NCBI GenBank assembly: GCA_965195285.1
Contig: CBDAFS010000009.1
Coordinates: forward strand, 28,860 to 92,859
DNA from: an uncultured Aminicenantes bacterium
GTDB taxonomy: Bacteria > Acidobacteriota > Aminicenantia > UBA2199
DNA length: 64,000 bases
Reading direction: 5' to 3'
In this document: positions 49,685 through 59,504 of the stretch, one piece after another
How the letters are laid out: every line of letters begins with the position of its first letter
How positions within the stretch are numbered: the stretch's first letter is position 1
Program-made: the position numbers and the translations under genes
The notes under the pieces: model-generated
Seen by the model: only the letters and a program-made list of their open reading frames with translations
The model's database searches: none
Told to the model about the DNA's origin: nothing

Positions 49685-51063
49685 TGGATGATGATACCAT
49701 AGCCGCTCTTTCCACGCCATTGGGGAAAGGCGGGATAGCGGTGATTCGTATTTCCGGTGCCAATACCCGCCATATTCTGGCAGAACTGATTGAACCCCTC
49801 CCCAGATCCATTTCACCGGGACGGGCTCGTCATGGTTTTGTAGTTGCCCAAAATAAAAGAATTGATGAATGTGTGGTGGTTTTTTTTAAAAACCCCAATT
49901 CCTATACCGGGCAAGACCTGGCTGAAATATCCATTCATTCCAATCCCTTCCTGATAGAAGAAGTTCTGGAGTTGATTTTCAAGATCGGGGCCAGAAGTGC
50001 CTTACCGGGAGAATTTACCTACCGGGCTTTCAAGAATGGTAAAATGGATTTGATTCAGGCGGAATCGGTTAACCAGTTGATCAATGCCAATTCAAAGTAT
50101 TATGCCTCGGTTCAATTTGAGAATATGGATGGCCGATTATCGGAACGGATCGAGCTGTTAAGAGAGCGTATCATGGATCTGGGTATTAGAATTGAAACGG
50201 TGATTGAATTTGAAGAGGACCAGTTTCTGAAAAAAATCCAGATTGAGAAGCAAGTAACCGAAACCCTGACCATGCTCCGGCAAATATTATCCCATGCTGT
50301 TTTAAATGAAACTTTGAACCGGGGATTTCAGGTGGTGTTGACCGGCAAGGTCAATGTCGGTAAATCTTCACTTTTCAATTCTCTATTGATGCAGGAGCGG
50401 GCAATCATTTCACCGATCCCGGGAACCACACGTGATTATATTTCGGAGCGGATTTATGTTGGGGGATTCCCATTCATCCTGGTTGATGTGGCCGGGATTC
50501 ACCGGGGAAAGGCCGGTGAGATTGAAACCCTGGGAATTCAGCGGGGTGTCCAAAGAATTCAATCCAGTGATGCGGTTATTTTTATGCTAGATGCCTCTAG
50601 AAAACTTGATCAATCCGATTTTGAGATCTATGAACTCATCAAGTCCAGGCCCAAAATGATAGTGGCCAACAAGATTGATATCGTCAAACCGGAGGTGATG
50701 AACCAGATCAAATCAGCCTTTGGAAAGGAAAAAATCCATGAGATATCGGCGAAGGAAAATAAGAATATCAACTCGGTTTTTTCCTTTTTCAATAAGCTGT
50801 TGAAGTCTTTGGAAAAAAAAGAGAGCACTTACTATCTCAATCAAAGACAGAAAAAGCTTTTTGAAGATCTGGATCAAGTATTGAAAGGGGTGCGACAGCT
50901 GGTTAAATCCGGCGGTTCCCATGATCATCCGGTTTACCCCAATGCCGAGATCATTGCCGAAGAGATCCGGAAGTCTCTTGAAATCATTGGTCATCTGACC
51001 GGAACTGTATCTACCGAGGAAATCTTAAATGGGATTTTTTCTCGATTCTGCGTGGGAAAATGA
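49684..51063 (+). CDS. mnmE: tRNA modification GTPase
   Basis: DTIAALST, GEFTYRAF, GKVNVGKSS, PGTTRD, NKID, FCVGK. Confidence 0.95.
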   Translation: MDDDTIAALSTPLGKGGIAVIRISGANTRHILAELIEPLPRSISPGRARHGFVVAQNKRIDECVVVFFKNPNSYTGQDLAEISIHSNPFLIEEVLELIFKIGARSALPGEFTYRAFKNGKMDLIQAESVNQLINANSKYYASVQFENMDGRLSERIELLRERIMDLGIRIETVIEFEEDQFLKKIQIEKQVTETLTMLRQILSHAVLNETLNRGFQVVLTGKVNVGKSSLFNSLLMQERAIISPIPGTTRDYISERIYVGGFPFILVDVAGIHRGKAGEIETLGIQRGVQRIQSSDAVIFMLDASRKLDQSDFEIYELIKSRPKMIVANKIDIVKPEVMNQIKSAFGKEKIHEISAKENKNINSVFSFFNKLLKSLEKKESTYYLNQRQKKLFEDLDQVLKGVRQLVKSGGSHDHPVYPNAEIIAEEIRKSLEIIGHLTGTVSTEEILNGIFSRFCVGK

Positions 51064-52874
51064 AAATTGTGGTGGTTGGGGCCGGACACGCTGGGATCGA
51101 AGCGGCTCTGGCAGCGGCAAAAATGGGAGCGGATGTCATCCTGACCACCATTCACCTGGAAACCATTGCCCAGATGTCCTGCAATCCGTCGATCGGGGGA
51201 ATTGCCAAGGGTCATCTGGTTAAGGAGATAGATGTCATGGGCGGCATCATGTCCAGAGCCGCGGATTATACCGGAATCCATTTTAAAGTCCTGAATCGAA
51301 GTAAGGGCCCGGCCGTGAGGGCCACCCGAACCCAGAATGATAAGATTCAGTACCGGAATTTCATGAAGAATTTCCTGGAGAATACAGCCCGAATACATGT
51401 TTACCAGTCTGTTGTTTCCGGGATCCTAACCCGGAAAGGGAAAGTGACCGGAGTTGCCTTTCTGGAAGGAAATACGCTGGATGCCGATGCCGTGATTATT
51501 ACTGCCGGCACTTTTTTGAATGGGAAGATTTATATTGGGGATCAGGTTTATGCAGCCGGTCGTTCCAATGAACCCGCTTCCATTGATCTGGCCCGAAATA
51601 TTAAAGAAATGGGATTTGAAGTCATTCGCTTGAAAACGGGTACTCCCATGCGGCTTCATGCCGATTCGATTAATTGGGATCGGTTCAGTCCCCAGCCCGG
51701 GGATGAACAGCCCCTCCCCTTTTCGCTTTTTACGGACTTTAAACCGGAGAATAAAATAGTTTGTTATCTCGGGCACACCAATAACCGGGTCAAAAAGATC
51801 ATTCAGGATAATCTAAAATACTCCCCCCTCTATTCGGGAAAAATCACTGGAATTGGGCCCCGGTACTGCCCCTCAATGGAAGACAAAACAGTCAAGTTTA
51901 ACAGCCGGGAGGCGCATCACTTTTATCTTGAGCCCGAAGGTTTGGATAACAAGGAAGTGTATGTCAATGGGCTTTCCTCCAGTCTTCCGGTTGCGGTTCA
52001 GAATGAAATTCTGAAGGCCATTCCCGGTTTGGATAAATCCTTTATGATGAGGCCAGCCTATGCCATCGAATATGATGCCATTCAACCCACCCAGCTAACC
52101 CATAGCCTGGAGAGCCGGGCGGTTCGGAATCTTTATTTTGCCGGCCAGGTAAATGGGACATCCGGATATGAGGAGGCTGCGGCCCAGGGTCTGGTTGCCG
52201 GGATCAATGCGGTTTTAAAATTGAAAGGGGATGATCCGTTTATACTGGACCGGAATGAAGCTTATATCGGGGTTTTGATCGATGATATCGTGAGCAAAGG
52301 AGTGGATGAACCCTATCGGCTTTTTACCTCCAGGGCGGAATACCGGCTGCAATTGAGGGAAGATAATGCCTTTGAGCGTCTGAGTCATCATGCCCTGAAG
52401 TTTGGTCTTCTGGATAAAAAAATGTTTGCCAGGGAATTGAAAAAACTGGAGAAGCGAAAAGAGACCATCCGGAGTTTGAAACGCCACCAGGTGAAATATC
52501 GGAACAAGATCCATTCGCTTTATCATTTACTCAAGATGCCGGAAATGACCTATGAAAAGCTTGAAAAAATTTCCGGTCTGGATTTGATCCCAGAAAGGAC
52601 CCTGACCGACACATCCTATATAGAGGCCACGGTTAAATATGAAGGTTATATCAAGATTCAAAATGAATATGTGGACAGAATGAAAAACCTGGAGAAAATA
52701 AAAATCCCCGGTAATCTGGATTTTTATAAAATCGATGGTCTCTCTACCGAGGTCAGGCAGAAATTAACCCGGGTTCGCCCTGTCCATCTGAAGCAAGCCC
52801 TTCAGATCCCCGGCATCACTCCGGCTTCCATTAATGCCATCCAGATTTACTTAACCTTGATATCAAAGTCCTAG
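51060..52874 (+). CDS. mnmG: tRNA uridine 5-carboxymethylaminomethyl modification enzyme
   Basis: GAGHAG, MSCNPSIGG, GPRYCPS, GTSGYEEAAAQG, TSRAEYRL. Confidence 0.96.
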   Translation: MKIVVVGAGHAGIEAALAAAKMGADVILTTIHLETIAQMSCNPSIGGIAKGHLVKEIDVMGGIMSRAADYTGIHFKVLNRSKGPAVRATRTQNDKIQYRNFMKNFLENTARIHVYQSVVSGILTRKGKVTGVAFLEGNTLDADAVIITAGTFLNGKIYIGDQVYAAGRSNEPASIDLARNIKEMGFEVIRLKTGTPMRLHADSINWDRFSPQPGDEQPLPFSLFTDFKPENKIVCYLGHTNNRVKKIIQDNLKYSPLYSGKITGIGPRYCPSMEDKTVKFNSREAHHFYLEPEGLDNKEVYVNGLSSSLPVAVQNEILKAIPGLDKSFMMRPAYAIEYDAIQPTQLTHSLESRAVRNLYFAGQVNGTSGYEEAAAQGLVAGINAVLKLKGDDPFILDRNEAYIGVLIDDIVSKGVDEPYRLFTSRAEYRLQLREDNAFERLSHHALKFGLLDKKMFARELKKLEKRKETIRSLKRHQVKYRNKIHSLYHLLKMPEMTYEKLEKISGLDLIPERTLTDTSYIEATVKYEGYIKIQNEYVDRMKNLEKIKIPGNLDFYKIDGLSTEVRQKLTRVRPVHLKQALQIPGITPASINAIQIYLTLISKS

Positions 52875-53008
52875 TCAACTGAAAAAAAATCTTTTTTTGC
52901 AAGATACCAACAGGTGTTTTGTTTTATGGTTTGAATGCAATGAACAAAACAAAACATCCTGTTCAGCAGCGACGACGGTTCATTTATAGCAGGATAAAGG
53001 AGGATAAA

Positions 53009-53527
53009 ATGGTAAAAAAAGTAATTGGTGCCACGTTAATCTTGGTGATACTGGCGGTTTTTAATGTTAACCTTGATGCCATGAACAGAATGGGCAATCA
53101 GAGGATGGGATATGGAATCCGGATGGCCGAACAGAATCTGTTTCCGGTTTATTTACTTCTCAAATTCAAGGACGAAATCGGGCTTACTGATGTTCAGGTG
53201 GAGAATATTGAAAAAATTCGACTGAAACATCAGGAATTGGCTATTAAACAATCATCGGAAGTGAAGCTAAAAGAGCTCAAACTGGGAACCCTTTTGAAAA
53301 ACGATACGGTTAACCGGTCTGCCATGGAAAAAATGATCAGAGAGATCGGAATGATGAAAACCGACCTGGCCATTCAGAGGATTCATTTTATGCTGGATGT
53401 CAAAAAAGTGCTGAGTGAAGAGCAGATCCAGAAAATAGAAAATTTAAAAAAGGAAATGAGAATCAGGCGTTTCCAGCGTTGGGATCGCAGGGATTCAGGT
53501 CCCCCGGGCAACAGAAAATTCAGTTAA
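53009..53527 (+). CDS. Periplasmic Spy/CpxP-like (LTxxQ) protein
   Basis: AGGAGG RBS, signal peptide, GLTDVQ and VLSEEQ motifs. Confidence 0.72.
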   Translation: MVKKVIGATLILVILAVFNVNLDAMNRMGNQRMGYGIRMAEQNLFPVYLLLKFKDEIGLTDVQVENIEKIRLKHQELAIKQSSEVKLKELKLGTLLKNDTVNRSAMEKMIREIGMMKTDLAIQRIHFMLDVKKVLSEEQIQKIENLKKEMRIRRFQRWDRRDSGPPGNRKFS

Positions 53528-53551
53528 CCGATCATCATCATTAATCCCGAC

Positions 53552-53592
53552 CCCACCATCCGGTAAATAAAACCGGTGGTGGGCTTTTTTTT
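53552..53592 (+). terminator. Rho-independent terminator
   Basis: CCCACCA(T)CCGGT-loop-ACCGGTGGTGGG followed by a T run. Confidence 0.65.
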
Positions 53593-53723
53593 ATGGAATT
53601 TCATTTTAAAAAATGGACGGATATACTTGAAAAACCGGAGAAATATCTATATAATTAAAAACTTGGTTTTATACCCCTTTTTAAAAACCAATGGTTTGAA
53701 TCTGGGCACAGTGGAATTCAGGT

Positions 53724-55010
53724 ATGACCGACCAAAAAATCGTGATCAATGGGAAACACAAGCTGACCGGTCGTGTCCGGATTTCCGGTGCCAAGAATGC
53801 CGCCTTACCCGAATTGGCTGCTACCATCCTGAGTTCCAAGCCCTTTGAGTTCCAAAATGTCCCGGCTGTCGAAGATATAAAGGTGATGTTAAAAGCCCTG
53901 CAGAATATCGGGGCCCAGGGTGATTTCAAACAGAATACCATTCAAGTATGTGTGGAATCGGTTAAGTCTGCTCTGATTCCCCGGGATATTGTGGAAACTT
54001 CCAGGGCTTCCATCCTGATCCTCGGGCCTTTACTGGCCCGGAACGGATATGCCAAGGTATCAAAACCGGGCGGATGTCCGATCGGGGATAGAAGATTCAA
54101 TTATCACCTGGATGGGTTGAGAAAGATGGGAGCTGACATCACCGTGGATGACCGGCATATCATTGCCAAGGCCGATAAACTGTGTGGAATCGAATTTAAA
54201 TTCCCAGCCAAAACAGTAACCGGGACCGAGAATCTTTTAATGGCGGCAACCCTGGCCCAGGGTCCTACGGTTTTGAATAATTGCGCTACCGAGCCAGAGA
54301 TCCATGATCTCATCAACCTGTTGAAAAAAATGGGGGCCAGTATCCGAATTGAGAATGGTGATTGCCTGCTCATAGATGGACAATCGTCTCTGGATGGCTG
54401 CTGCCACCGCGTCATTCCCGACCGCATTGAGATGGGAACATATATCATAGCGGGGGGGATGCTGGACAATGAGATCATCATTGAAAATGCAGTTCCCGAA
54501 TATATTGAAAGTTCAATCGAAATTTTAAAGGTTATTGGAGTTGAAGTTTCGATTGATCGGGATAAGATAAAAGTATGCTCAACTGGAAACCTTTCTGCTG
54601 TGGAGGTTGAAACCCGTCCCTTCCCCGGATTTCCCACTGATTTGCAGGCCCAGTTAACCACCCTGTTGACCCAGGTTAGGGGAGTTTCCCGGGTACGGGA
54701 GAATATTTTTAACAATCGCTTTCAACATGTCAGAGAGTTGAATCGGCTGGGAGCGGATATTGAGGTCAAGGATAATGTGGCGGTCATTAGGGGGAAAACC
54801 TCATTGACAGGACGGAATATCAGTGCCACTGATTTGCGGGCTTCGGCTGCCCTGGTGCTGGGGGGGTTGATTGCCGAGGGGAGAACCGTTATTGAAAATT
54901 CCTATCAATTGTTTCGCGGCTATGAGGATATGCCTGAGAAACTGAAACAGCTGGGAGCCCAACTGGAAATTGTTTGCGATCATCCGGTAAAGCAAAGCAA
55001 TAAAATATGA
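53724..55010 (+). CDS. murA: UDP-N-acetylglucosamine 1-carboxyvinyltransferase
   Basis: SGAKNAALP, RASILILGPLL, PGGCPIG (catalytic Cys), PGFPTDLQ, DLRA. Confidence 0.95.
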   Translation: MTDQKIVINGKHKLTGRVRISGAKNAALPELAATILSSKPFEFQNVPAVEDIKVMLKALQNIGAQGDFKQNTIQVCVESVKSALIPRDIVETSRASILILGPLLARNGYAKVSKPGGCPIGDRRFNYHLDGLRKMGADITVDDRHIIAKADKLCGIEFKFPAKTVTGTENLLMAATLAQGPTVLNNCATEPEIHDLINLLKKMGASIRIENGDCLLIDGQSSLDGCCHRVIPDRIEMGTYIIAGGMLDNEIIIENAVPEYIESSIEILKVIGVEVSIDRDKIKVCSTGNLSAVEVETRPFPGFPTDLQAQLTTLLTQVRGVSRVRENIFNNRFQHVRELNRLGADIEVKDNVAVIRGKTSLTGRNISATDLRASAALVLGGLIAEGRTVIENSYQLFRGYEDMPEKLKQLGAQLEIVCDHPVKQSNKI

Positions 55011-55020
55011 GGAGATATCA

Positions 55021-55353
55021 ATGGATGAATGTATTTTTTGCAAAATTGCCAATGGAGAATTCAACACCGACTTTCTCTATGAAGATGATCTGGTGGTGGC
55101 GTTCAGAGACATTGAGCCTCAGGCGCCGGACCATATCCTAATCATCCCCCGAAACCATTACATTTCCATTAAAGATATTTCCGATGAAGTCATTATCGGA
55201 CGCCTGTTTCTGGCCGGAAATAAAGTTGCGGAACAGCTCGGTATCAGCAGCTTTCGCTATGTGATCAATACCGGAAAAGATGCCGGTCAGGCGGTTTTTC
55301 ATATTCACCTGCATCTGCTGGCCGGTAGGAAAATGAAATGGCCTCCGGGTTGA
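55021..55353 (+). CDS. Histidine triad (HIT/Hint) nucleotide-binding protein
   Basis: CIFCKI, GQAVFHIHLHLL, WPPG. Confidence 0.92.
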   Translation: MDECIFCKIANGEFNTDFLYEDDLVVAFRDIEPQAPDHILIIPRNHYISIKDISDEVIIGRLFLAGNKVAEQLGISSFRYVINTGKDAGQAVFHIHLHLLAGRKMKWPPG

Positions 55354-55392
55354 AGATTGAATATGATAGACAAAAGAGAAGATATGGTCTGA

Positions 55393-55869
55393 ATGCCAAC
55401 AATTATTGACGGCAACAATTTGATCGGAAGTTCACCGGATATATCCCTGGATGATCCGGCTGCCAGAAAAAAAATATTGCACCTTATCATAAAATACCAA
55501 GAAACCAAAAACAGCAATATCGTTATTGTTTTTGATGGTGGGCCTGAACCCAGCCTGGAACCGGAAAATCCTGGCATAAAAGTGTCGGTAGTCTTTCCGA
55601 GTTTCGGCAGTTCGGCTGATGATGAAATAAAAAAAATGCTGGAGAGATACAGCGATTACAAATCAGTAACCCTGATTTCTTCGGACCGGGATTTGAAATC
55701 CTTTGCCAAGAATAAGGGAGCCAAGGTAATGAATTCCATTGAGTTCTATTTCGAACTCAAGCGAGTTTATCGGCTGAATGGGGCCAAAGAGGAGAAACTG
55801 AAACGGATTCATTCCAAATTATCTAAACAGGAAGTCGATCAGTGGTTGAAAATTTTTCAGGATGATTGA
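55393..55869 (+). CDS. NYN/YacP-like PIN-fold ribonuclease
   Basis: IIDGNNL, VFDG, SADDEI, SSDR. Confidence 0.8.
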   Translation: MPTIIDGNNLIGSSPDISLDDPAARKKILHLIIKYQETKNSNIVIVFDGGPEPSLEPENPGIKVSVVFPSFGSSADDEIKKMLERYSDYKSVTLISSDRDLKSFAKNKGAKVMNSIEFYFELKRVYRLNGAKEEKLKRIHSKLSKQEVDQWLKIFQDD

Positions 55870-56654
55870 GGGAAGGGATCAATCTCGCCCGAGAAAAAAA
55901 CCACTTTTTCACCGGTTGTTTTTTCCAACACGATTCCCCCTTCCGGATTGATTTCCAGGAAGCGTGCTTTAATGGGCTTCCGATTCTGATGGAATGTTAT
56001 TTTCTCCCCCCGTTCATAACAGTTCATCCGTATGGCCGTATTGATGATGGTTGACTTTTCTTCTCTTTCCAGAACATCCAGCCATTTAAAGAATAACCGG
56101 ATCAGGTGAGGTTCTACCGTTTGGATCTCCAGGGGCTGCCCGGTTATCATCCGGGCTGAAATTGCACTTCTTCTCAAATCATCTGGAAAATCAGACCGGA
56201 GGTGATTGATATTGATTCCCATGCCGCAGATACTGATTATCCTGTCTTTTTTGATGATGTTTTCAATTAAAATCCCGGCAATTTTTTTACCTTGATAGAG
56301 GACATCATTGGGCCACTTCAGATTAAATTCCCGACCGGTGATGCGGTTCAGGGTTTCAGATAGGGTAATTCCGGCTATCAGGGAAAGCATGTTCAGATGT
56401 TGCGGCTTGTTGAAAAAAAATCCCAGTGAAATATACAGGCCTTGGTCTCGGGCTGAAAACCATTCTCGATTATCCCGTCCACGTCCCCTTACCTGGGTCC
56501 TGGATGAAATACCCACCGGGAATTGATCGGTCATTTTGGTTAGGTTCCGGCGTAAGTAATTGTTGGTTGAGTCGCAGGAGTCCAGCCTGATAAAGGTTAG
56601 GATATGCCTACCCGTATCAATCTTTTTCTTCTCAACTGATTTTTTGGGATTCAT
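55857..56654 (-). CDS. birA: Biotin--[acetyl-CoA carboxylase] ligase (no HTH)
   Basis: DSTN, QVRGRGR, KWPND, KIAGILIE. Confidence 0.9.
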   Translation of the reverse strand: MNPKKSVEKKKIDTGRHILTFIRLDSCDSTNNYLRRNLTKMTDQFPVGISSRTQVRGRGRDNREWFSARDQGLYISLGFFFNKPQHLNMLSLIAGITLSETLNRITGREFNLKWPNDVLYQGKKIAGILIENIIKKDRIISICGMGININHLRSDFPDDLRRSAISARMITGQPLEIQTVEPHLIRLFFKWLDVLEREEKSTIINTAIRMNCYERGEKITFHQNRKPIKARFLEINPEGGIVLEKTTGEKVVFFSGEIDPFPQSS

Positions 56655-57960
56655 CTTCTTTACTGAGGTCGGCCAGGGTTTTCTGAATTTTTTCTCTTTT
56701 TTGATGTGATTTTAACAATGATTTCTTCAGGGCAGACAACTCCGATTCCGGTTCCCGGCTGATGAATTGAGGGTCGGCTAACTTTGATTCGGCGCCGAAT
56801 ATCCGGGCTCTGGTTTGCTCGAAATCTTTCATCAGCTTATTCAAGTATTGTTTCCTTTCAGTCTCATTTTTCAGGGGCAGGAGAATTTCCAGATTCTGGA
56901 TTTTTGCCTTGAATCCACAGGGCAAACCGGAAAAGTCATCAACAATTTCGGATTTCTGGCTCCGGATTAGAAAATCATAGTATTTCAGGTTTTTAGCAAT
57001 CCCATTTTTTATTCCCGGGGAATTTACCCGGATATAAACGGAGAATGGTTTGCCGGGATTTATTTTATTTTCAGATCTGATTTTTCTGGTTCTGGTGATT
57101 AATGTTTTTAATTTCTCGATAGCCGAGTGATCTTGGAGAAATACCCAGTTGCCGTTGAATTGGGGGAAAGCGGCAGTCATTAATAAGCCTTGGTCGGGAT
57201 TGATTTTCTGGTGAATCTCTTCGGTCAGGAAGGGAATGAAGGGATGCAGGCACTGAAGCAGGTGCAGGAGTGAAAATTTCAGGACCTTCCGGGTTTCCCG
57301 GCTTCTGATGTCGGTTTTTGAAAACTCCAAATACCAATCACAAAACTCATGCCAGAAAAAATGATAGAGAGTTGCGGCTGCATTTGGTATCTGGTGTTGA
57401 TCCATTTGACGGTTTATCTGATCAACAGTATTATTCAAGCGGTGCAAAAACCACTTGTCGGTAGCGGTGATTTTATCGAATTTAAGGGATGAATCCTCAT
57501 CATTGCGCAGGTTCATGATGACATATCGTGAAGCATTCCAGATTTTACGGGTAAAGGCTTTGATCCTTTTTATTCGGGTCAGGAATACGGATAATTCGGG
57601 ATCCGGATCGGTCTTTATTGCCAGAGTGAACTTGAAATTGTCCCAGCCAAAATTTTCCAGAATATTAAGTACCTCGGTGGCTTTACTTTCATTTTTATGA
57701 CTGAATCGTTTTGGACGCCCCTGATCCGGATCGGGAATCACCGGATTATCCGGGGTCAATCCACGGTTTTGCATCCTGTTTTTTATATTTGTCGTATCCG
57801 TTCGGTTGAGGGCGGCCAGATTTTGCAGGTCCAGCGGGCTGTCTGGCGGAAGCGAATTTATGTACTGAAAGAGGGTCGAACTCCGGGCCGGATGATCCGG
57901 TATTGACTGGTTCGGCAACCATTTTTTTTCTACGGATTTATGGTTGTATTCTTTTTCCAT
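56632..57960 (-). CDS. ValRS-derived protein lacking most of the catalytic and editing domains (anticodon-binding domain and coiled coil retained)
   Basis: ValRS-like N-terminus MEKEYNHKSVEKKW; KIWNASRY, DKW, FCDWYLE, LHPFIPFLTEEI; C-terminal coiled coil; no intact HIGH or KMSKS. Confidence 0.8.
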   Translation of the reverse strand: MEKEYNHKSVEKKWLPNQSIPDHPARSSTLFQYINSLPPDSPLDLQNLAALNRTDTTNIKNRMQNRGLTPDNPVIPDPDQGRPKRFSHKNESKATEVLNILENFGWDNFKFTLAIKTDPDPELSVFLTRIKRIKAFTRKIWNASRYVIMNLRNDEDSSLKFDKITATDKWFLHRLNNTVDQINRQMDQHQIPNAAATLYHFFWHEFCDWYLEFSKTDIRSRETRKVLKFSLLHLLQCLHPFIPFLTEEIHQKINPDQGLLMTAAFPQFNGNWVFLQDHSAIEKLKTLITRTRKIRSENKINPGKPFSVYIRVNSPGIKNGIAKNLKYYDFLIRSQKSEIVDDFSGLPCGFKAKIQNLEILLPLKNETERKQYLNKLMKDFEQTRARIFGAESKLADPQFISREPESELSALKKSLLKSHQKREKIQKTLADLSKEDESQKIS

Positions 57961-58000
57961 TCGGGTTTTGCCTATTTTTTGAATGTCAATAATAAGTAAT

Positions 58001-59299
58001 TTATTCAGAAGAAGAATCGATTTCAGATTTTATTTTCTGGATTTCTTCCTTGATAATTTTTTCAGCCAGGGGAGGTACGATCTCCCATAATATTTTTTTG
58101 ACGGCTATGGTCAGGGTATCTTCAACATTGGTGAGAATTTTTTCTTTATCCGCTTCCAGTAGCGATTCAGATTCCGTTTTTTCTTCCAGTACTTGGGCGG
58201 CTTCACTGGGGGCCAGTTTGATTTCAGGAGGTTCGTCAGGCTTAAGATCCGCTTCCATTGGGATATCTTCTTTTTCCTCCGGTTCCTTGATCTCCAATTC
58301 CAGTTGATCCGTTTTCTGGGGTTCGGCGCTTTCTGCCGGCTCTTTGATCTCCTCGGAGATGTCAGGCTCGGTTGTTTCCGGTTGTTCGACATCGGGTTCC
58401 TTCAAGGTGTCTTCGATCTGGTCATCGGTTTTGTCTTCGGTGTCTTCGTCTACACCATCCAGTCCGATGGGCTCGGGATCAATTCCATTCCCCTTCCCCT
58501 GCATGATTTTCTTAATGTTAATTTCTTCCTGGGTCAGTGAGGCAATTTCCAATTCACTTTCCTGTTCCTTGATATTTTCCTTGACCTCTAATTCTTCTTC
58601 ATCAAGGCCTTCAGCGTCTTCCTGGCCGATGGATTGCTCATTCTTGAACGGATTTTCGATCTCTTCAATGTTATCGAATTTGAGGGCATCCTTTTCCGGA
58701 GGAGAACCCTGGGTCTTTTCTTCAGATGGCATGACATCTTCTCTGGGAACTTCTTCATCAGAGTCACTTGCATTGATATCGGCGGGTTTATCTGACTCAA
58801 TTTCATCCTTGATATCAGAAAAGCTGATCTCTTCCTCGGTTTGCACTATTTCATCAATTCCAGGAAGATCTTCCGGTAAGGTTTCCGGAACCTGTTCTGG
58901 CTTGGAGGGAGATGCCGGGGCTTCCTTTTTTTTCAGCATGTCCTTGAGGGTATTGACCAGGGCATTGGAATCAAATGGTTTGGTGATGATATCGACATAG
59001 GTCAGGTTCTTCAGCAAGCTCTCGTCTGTGGGTTCGAATCCGCCCTTCATCAGGAATACCTGGGTGTCCTTCAGTTCCTCGGTTTCATTAATGAATTTGC
59101 AGGTCTCATATCCGTTGAACTCGGGTAACTTGATATCGACCAGAACGACTCTGGGTTTTATTTCCAGTAGTTTATCTTTTAAATTTAGTCCGTTTTCGAA
59201 GCTGATCAGTTCAACATTTTCTTCTTCAGCGAATGACAATTCGACGATTCTCCGAATGGTATAGCTGTTATCGGCAAGAAAGATTGCTTCCTTTTTCAT
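58001..59299 (-). CDS. RomR-like protein: receiver domain, long acidic linker, conserved C-terminal helix
   Basis: ADNS, VDIKLP, TKPF; D/E/P-rich linker; WEIVPPLAEKIIKEEI; upstream of the valS-like gene. Confidence 0.72.
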   Translation of the reverse strand: MKKEAIFLADNSYTIRRIVELSFAEEENVELISFENGLNLKDKLLEIKPRVVLVDIKLPEFNGYETCKFINETEELKDTQVFLMKGGFEPTDESLLKNLTYVDIITKPFDSNALVNTLKDMLKKKEAPASPSKPEQVPETLPEDLPGIDEIVQTEEEISFSDIKDEIESDKPADINASDSDEEVPREDVMPSEEKTQGSPPEKDALKFDNIEEIENPFKNEQSIGQEDAEGLDEEELEVKENIKEQESELEIASLTQEEINIKKIMQGKGNGIDPEPIGLDGVDEDTEDKTDDQIEDTLKEPDVEQPETTEPDISEEIKEPAESAEPQKTDQLELEIKEPEEKEDIPMEADLKPDEPPEIKLAPSEAAQVLEEKTESESLLEADKEKILTNVEDTLTIAVKKILWEIVPPLAEKIIKEEIQKIKSEIDSSSE

Positions 59300-59504
59300 A
59301 TCATCCTCCTTTACGGTTAACTTATTTTTAACATTTTTATTACATTAATGTCAAGTAAAATTTGAACTTCATTTTTTTATAGGTTAAAACGGTAAAAAAC
59401 CAGGGTAAAATTAGAGGAAAATGATAAAAAATGCCATAATATCCCTGATTTTCCTTGACTTTTCAAGAAGAATAATATATTTTACTACTCTACTGCTGAA
59501 ATCC

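Noticed and set aside
50480-50500. MnmE G3 motif reads DVAG instead of DTAG
   Set aside because: The DxxG consensus and all other motifs are retained; likely neutral.
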